From a virus: a DNA stretch of 64,000 bases. The DNA lies in IMG/VR virus record IMGVR_UViG_3300025154_000063, positions 24,994 through 88,993 of that record, one strand, 5' to 3'. Each line of letters opens with the position of its first letter. The stretch's first letter is position 1. The notes beneath the pieces are model-generated. The model worked only from the letters and a program-made list of their open reading frames with translations, did not search any database and was not told the origin of the DNA. The translations under genes were made by a program, and so were the position numbers. This document shows positions 62,501 through 64,000 of the stretch, one piece after another.

Positions 62501-63302
62501 CTATAGTGGAATAAATAGTACCTTTATAAGGGATTATGCACTAGCTACTACCGTGGCTGGCATTGTGGTTGATGCTCTTAGTACAGGCATACTTGCTGGA
62601 AGAAAACTATCCCCAGAAACTGTGTCAGTATTAATTAGTGGTAAAGTATCTTTGTTTGATAGGACTCGTGTATTAACAGCAGATGTATTTTCTCTTGTGT
62701 TAAGTGGTATTGCTGTTGGTATTTTAAAGCTTGGTAATCAAACACTTATTGCAGATGTATACAATGCCATAGTAGCAATGCAAAATAACTTGCTGTCTTA
62801 TGGAAGATATATGCCAGCAGTGTTGTCTCAGCTGTCCCTTGGTTTACAGGACACTGGGCTACAAGCCAGCAGAATGTTAAACATAAGTAAATATAACACA
62901 TCTATTTCTGGTCTTACTACTGGATTGAAATCCAATAGGTTATTATTATCTGCTGTTGGTGCAGTTACTGTTAGTGGGCAGGGTACTACATTCAATGTTG
63001 ACAGACTTTTGTCAGCTATAAAGAGTAGCTTTGGTGTAGAATTTGTTGATGCACTTTTGTCGTACATACCACTCACAAGTTACAATATTAATGCTGTAAC
63101 TGGTGAGATTACAATAGGGTTTGAGGAAATAATGCACGCTCTATTTTTGCTTGGTCAGCAGGATGGGGTTAGGGTTAAGGGTAGGGGGGTAATAAAGCCC
63201 ATAAAGAGACAAGTAATTACACCTGACTTTTCAATTGTAGATATAGTAGAGCAAGCTAATAGAAACAATATAGTTGTAGAAGACCAACATTTTAATAATT
63301 AA
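59553..63302 (+). CDS. Large tail fibre or adhesin (propeller, FN3-like, ~29-aa repeats)
   Basis: AIDS..IPHI blades, YYWRVRA..WS, repeated G...L.G......L....L units. Confidence 0.7.
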   Translation: MAAVQVTSANNNNIDNGNRVCVRTSAGIPYVVLVDATDGSIEVWKGNSSTPTSWTEQDTANNPDATTYGSVSAAIDSTGIIHIVFMEYISKSDDLEYITFNTNTDVFAGAETINADLGVQSISIVTLYTAIAIDSNDIPHIAYVGVEANAGSLGKVVRYNNRIGGAWNTSGVEVEGQTSNLDCTYPDIAITNENIPVISYTNSENSELCRAVGNLNDATSFTLIVLDTSALNSGRTSICVDNLNNIYVAGLDSDGKVMVYNGTTQRLTTNSGGDPSILWRSSGLYLFYTDSAQDIVYQVSTDGGVNWSTKTVLETGTLSYARARWSTYANFNARPTVALNTPTNTQEITDTTPDLKFTGTDTDTYIDYVFRDNIGEGILWNTLTVSGDTIDYEIQVDTVNTFDSLGVVTGSPAIDGDTTSSASLTRLNTINPVSTAGTITVVEIFAALEMTGVKVGTFYGSGTSWQCRSFASLGTVTAGSKQRFTGLSITAEVGDILGIYYTSGSIESTTAWTTSVASLFRSADNFSNGVQTYTSSTKLLSFCSVGTIISAVSDEHTGFSAGASHPTASGVEQTYTVQSDLTVPDTYYWRVRAKDPFGSNTFGEWSSVYSFDLADTGHTPLDATPNKALSLSGIGVSLLYGRKLDATPNKEYTLDGKVVSFNKGILFDITTGSFLIDPVSSIFTTQRAIPTAVLELILSLKSSEFAKNSKLNTNVGTIVHDGKTIELLRSALISAELYEASLSGISNSYLYNKYLSTDVLNIELVGIPPQLINNHPLNAVVGALTLNGIVSELLHNKTFNANITTFSMSGSALLFAIGKAIDAGVGAFSVQGINNLLSRTYQLTTTVNATNLSGKQLDFYRGLLTTIDSLSLSLSGINTGLFRGRMVSVNTGELSMAGQAVELLQQKILTAAVLDFLVSGIGISFSSEAILNASTNALSMALIDAALIYARLFSPTVTTFSTSNPATSLHADRLLQAVVQTYTYSGINSTFIRDYALATTVAGIVVDALSTGILAGRKLSPETVSVLISGKVSLFDRTRVLTADVFSLVLSGIAVGILKLGNQTLIADVYNAIVAMQNNLLSYGRYMPAVLSQLSLGLQDTGLQASRMLNISKYNTSISGLTTGLKSNRLLLSAVGAVTVSGQGTTFNVDRLLSAIKSSFGVEFVDALLSYIPLTSYNINAVTGEITIGFEEIMHALFLLGQQDGVRVKGRGVIKPIKRQVITPDFSIVDIVEQANRNNIVVEDQHFNN

Positions 63303-63313
63303 TTGGAGTTGAA

Positions 63314-63607
63314 ATGTCTCAAATAATAATACTAGATAAACACCAATCTAAAGCAGAAATACGTCAGTGGGGTGTTGACTTTACACTTGACCTGCAGACA
63401 GGAGTTACTGTATCATCTGCCACAGCTACACATATTCCACCTTCCGGTACACCAACAACTCCGGTTGTGGGTGGTATCGTTGACAATGTTGTTCAGGTAC
63501 AATTAGGCCCTGTTTCTGTTACAGGTGAACATGTTCTTTCTGTAATAGCAACATATTCAAATGGAGAAAAATCAGAAGTACGCTTGAAAATAAGCGTTGA
63601 CTTTTAA
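63314..63607 (+). CDS. Small Ig-like fibre adaptor
   Basis: E...WGVDF..L..G.TVSS pattern. Confidence 0.55.
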   Translation: MSQIIILDKHQSKAEIRQWGVDFTLDLQTGVTVSSATATHIPPSGTPTTPVVGGIVDNVVQVQLGPVSVTGEHVLSVIATYSNGEKSEVRLKISVDF

Positions 63608-63619
63608 TAGGAGTAACAA

Positions 63620-64000
63620 ATGACAATTCCAAGTGCTGTTAATTATCCAGCTAGCTTAGATGACGACGATACCCTGTTTGGTAATCCTGTTGACCAGATT
63701 ACTTTAACACTGGCTACTGATATGGGTTTAGCCGATACTACTGTTGAGGTAGATGAGGCTATTGATAATATTAATCTTCCTACCCTTCTTGTTTTTAATA
63801 CTGGTGAAGTAGTTTTTGCTACATCATCAGTACCTGCTACTAAGACCTTTACAGTTGAGCGCAGCCTTTCTATTGGTCATACTAATGGTGAGGCAATTCG
63901 TTTATCTGTAAGTGCAGAGTATATTAAACAGATTAAGAGAGCTTTACTTGCAATTGAAACTGAATTGGGTACTGACCCAGCAGGGACTTTTACTAATGTA
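63620..64000 (+). CDS. Partial tail-associated protein (runs off the window)
   Basis: GGAG RBS; MTIPSAVNYPASLD...AIETELGTDP, open to the window end. Confidence 0.65.
   Translation, partial: MTIPSAVNYPASLDDDDTLFGNPVDQITLTLATDMGLADTTVEVDEAIDNINLPTLLVFNTGEVVFATSSVPATKTFTVERSLSIGHTNGEAIRLSVSAEYIKQIKRALLAIETELGTDPAGTFTNV

Noticed and set aside
1-64000. CRISPR array, DGR or retron
   Set aside because: No repeat-spacer array, reverse transcriptase or TR/VR pair seen; the A/B differences are C/T, not adenine-specific

Overview
This window is part of a large tailed-phage (siphovirus-like) genome with three zones. (1) 1-11.4 kb, minus strand, visibly higher GC: early or host-takeover genes (GP88-like, ArdC-like antirestriction, tyrosine phosphatase, multi-zinc-finger protein) behind a long structured non-coding leader. 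(2) 11.5-34.4 kb, minus strand: a tRNA array of about 8 kb (32 tRNA genes read by eye, covering all 20 amino acids) containing RtcB, an HNH nuclease and a TAGT-like glycosyltransferase pair; further along are ThyX, a DRB0094-type RNA ligase, a phosphoesterase, MazG, a class II RNR interrupted by a stop codon, a resolvase and SSB. (3) 34.4-64 kb, plus strand: terminase, portal, capsid and tail genes. The most unusual signal is non-coding. The array holds two circularly permuted, anticodon-less tRNA modules (YrlA-like topology), D-armless Arg tRNAs, a tRNA body with a ~60-nt anticodon-loop insert and several orphan structured RNAs. One of these (~300 nt) has a 5' end complementary over ~44 nt to the early-region leader 10 kb away. 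All calls come from reading the sequence; no searches or folding programs were run.
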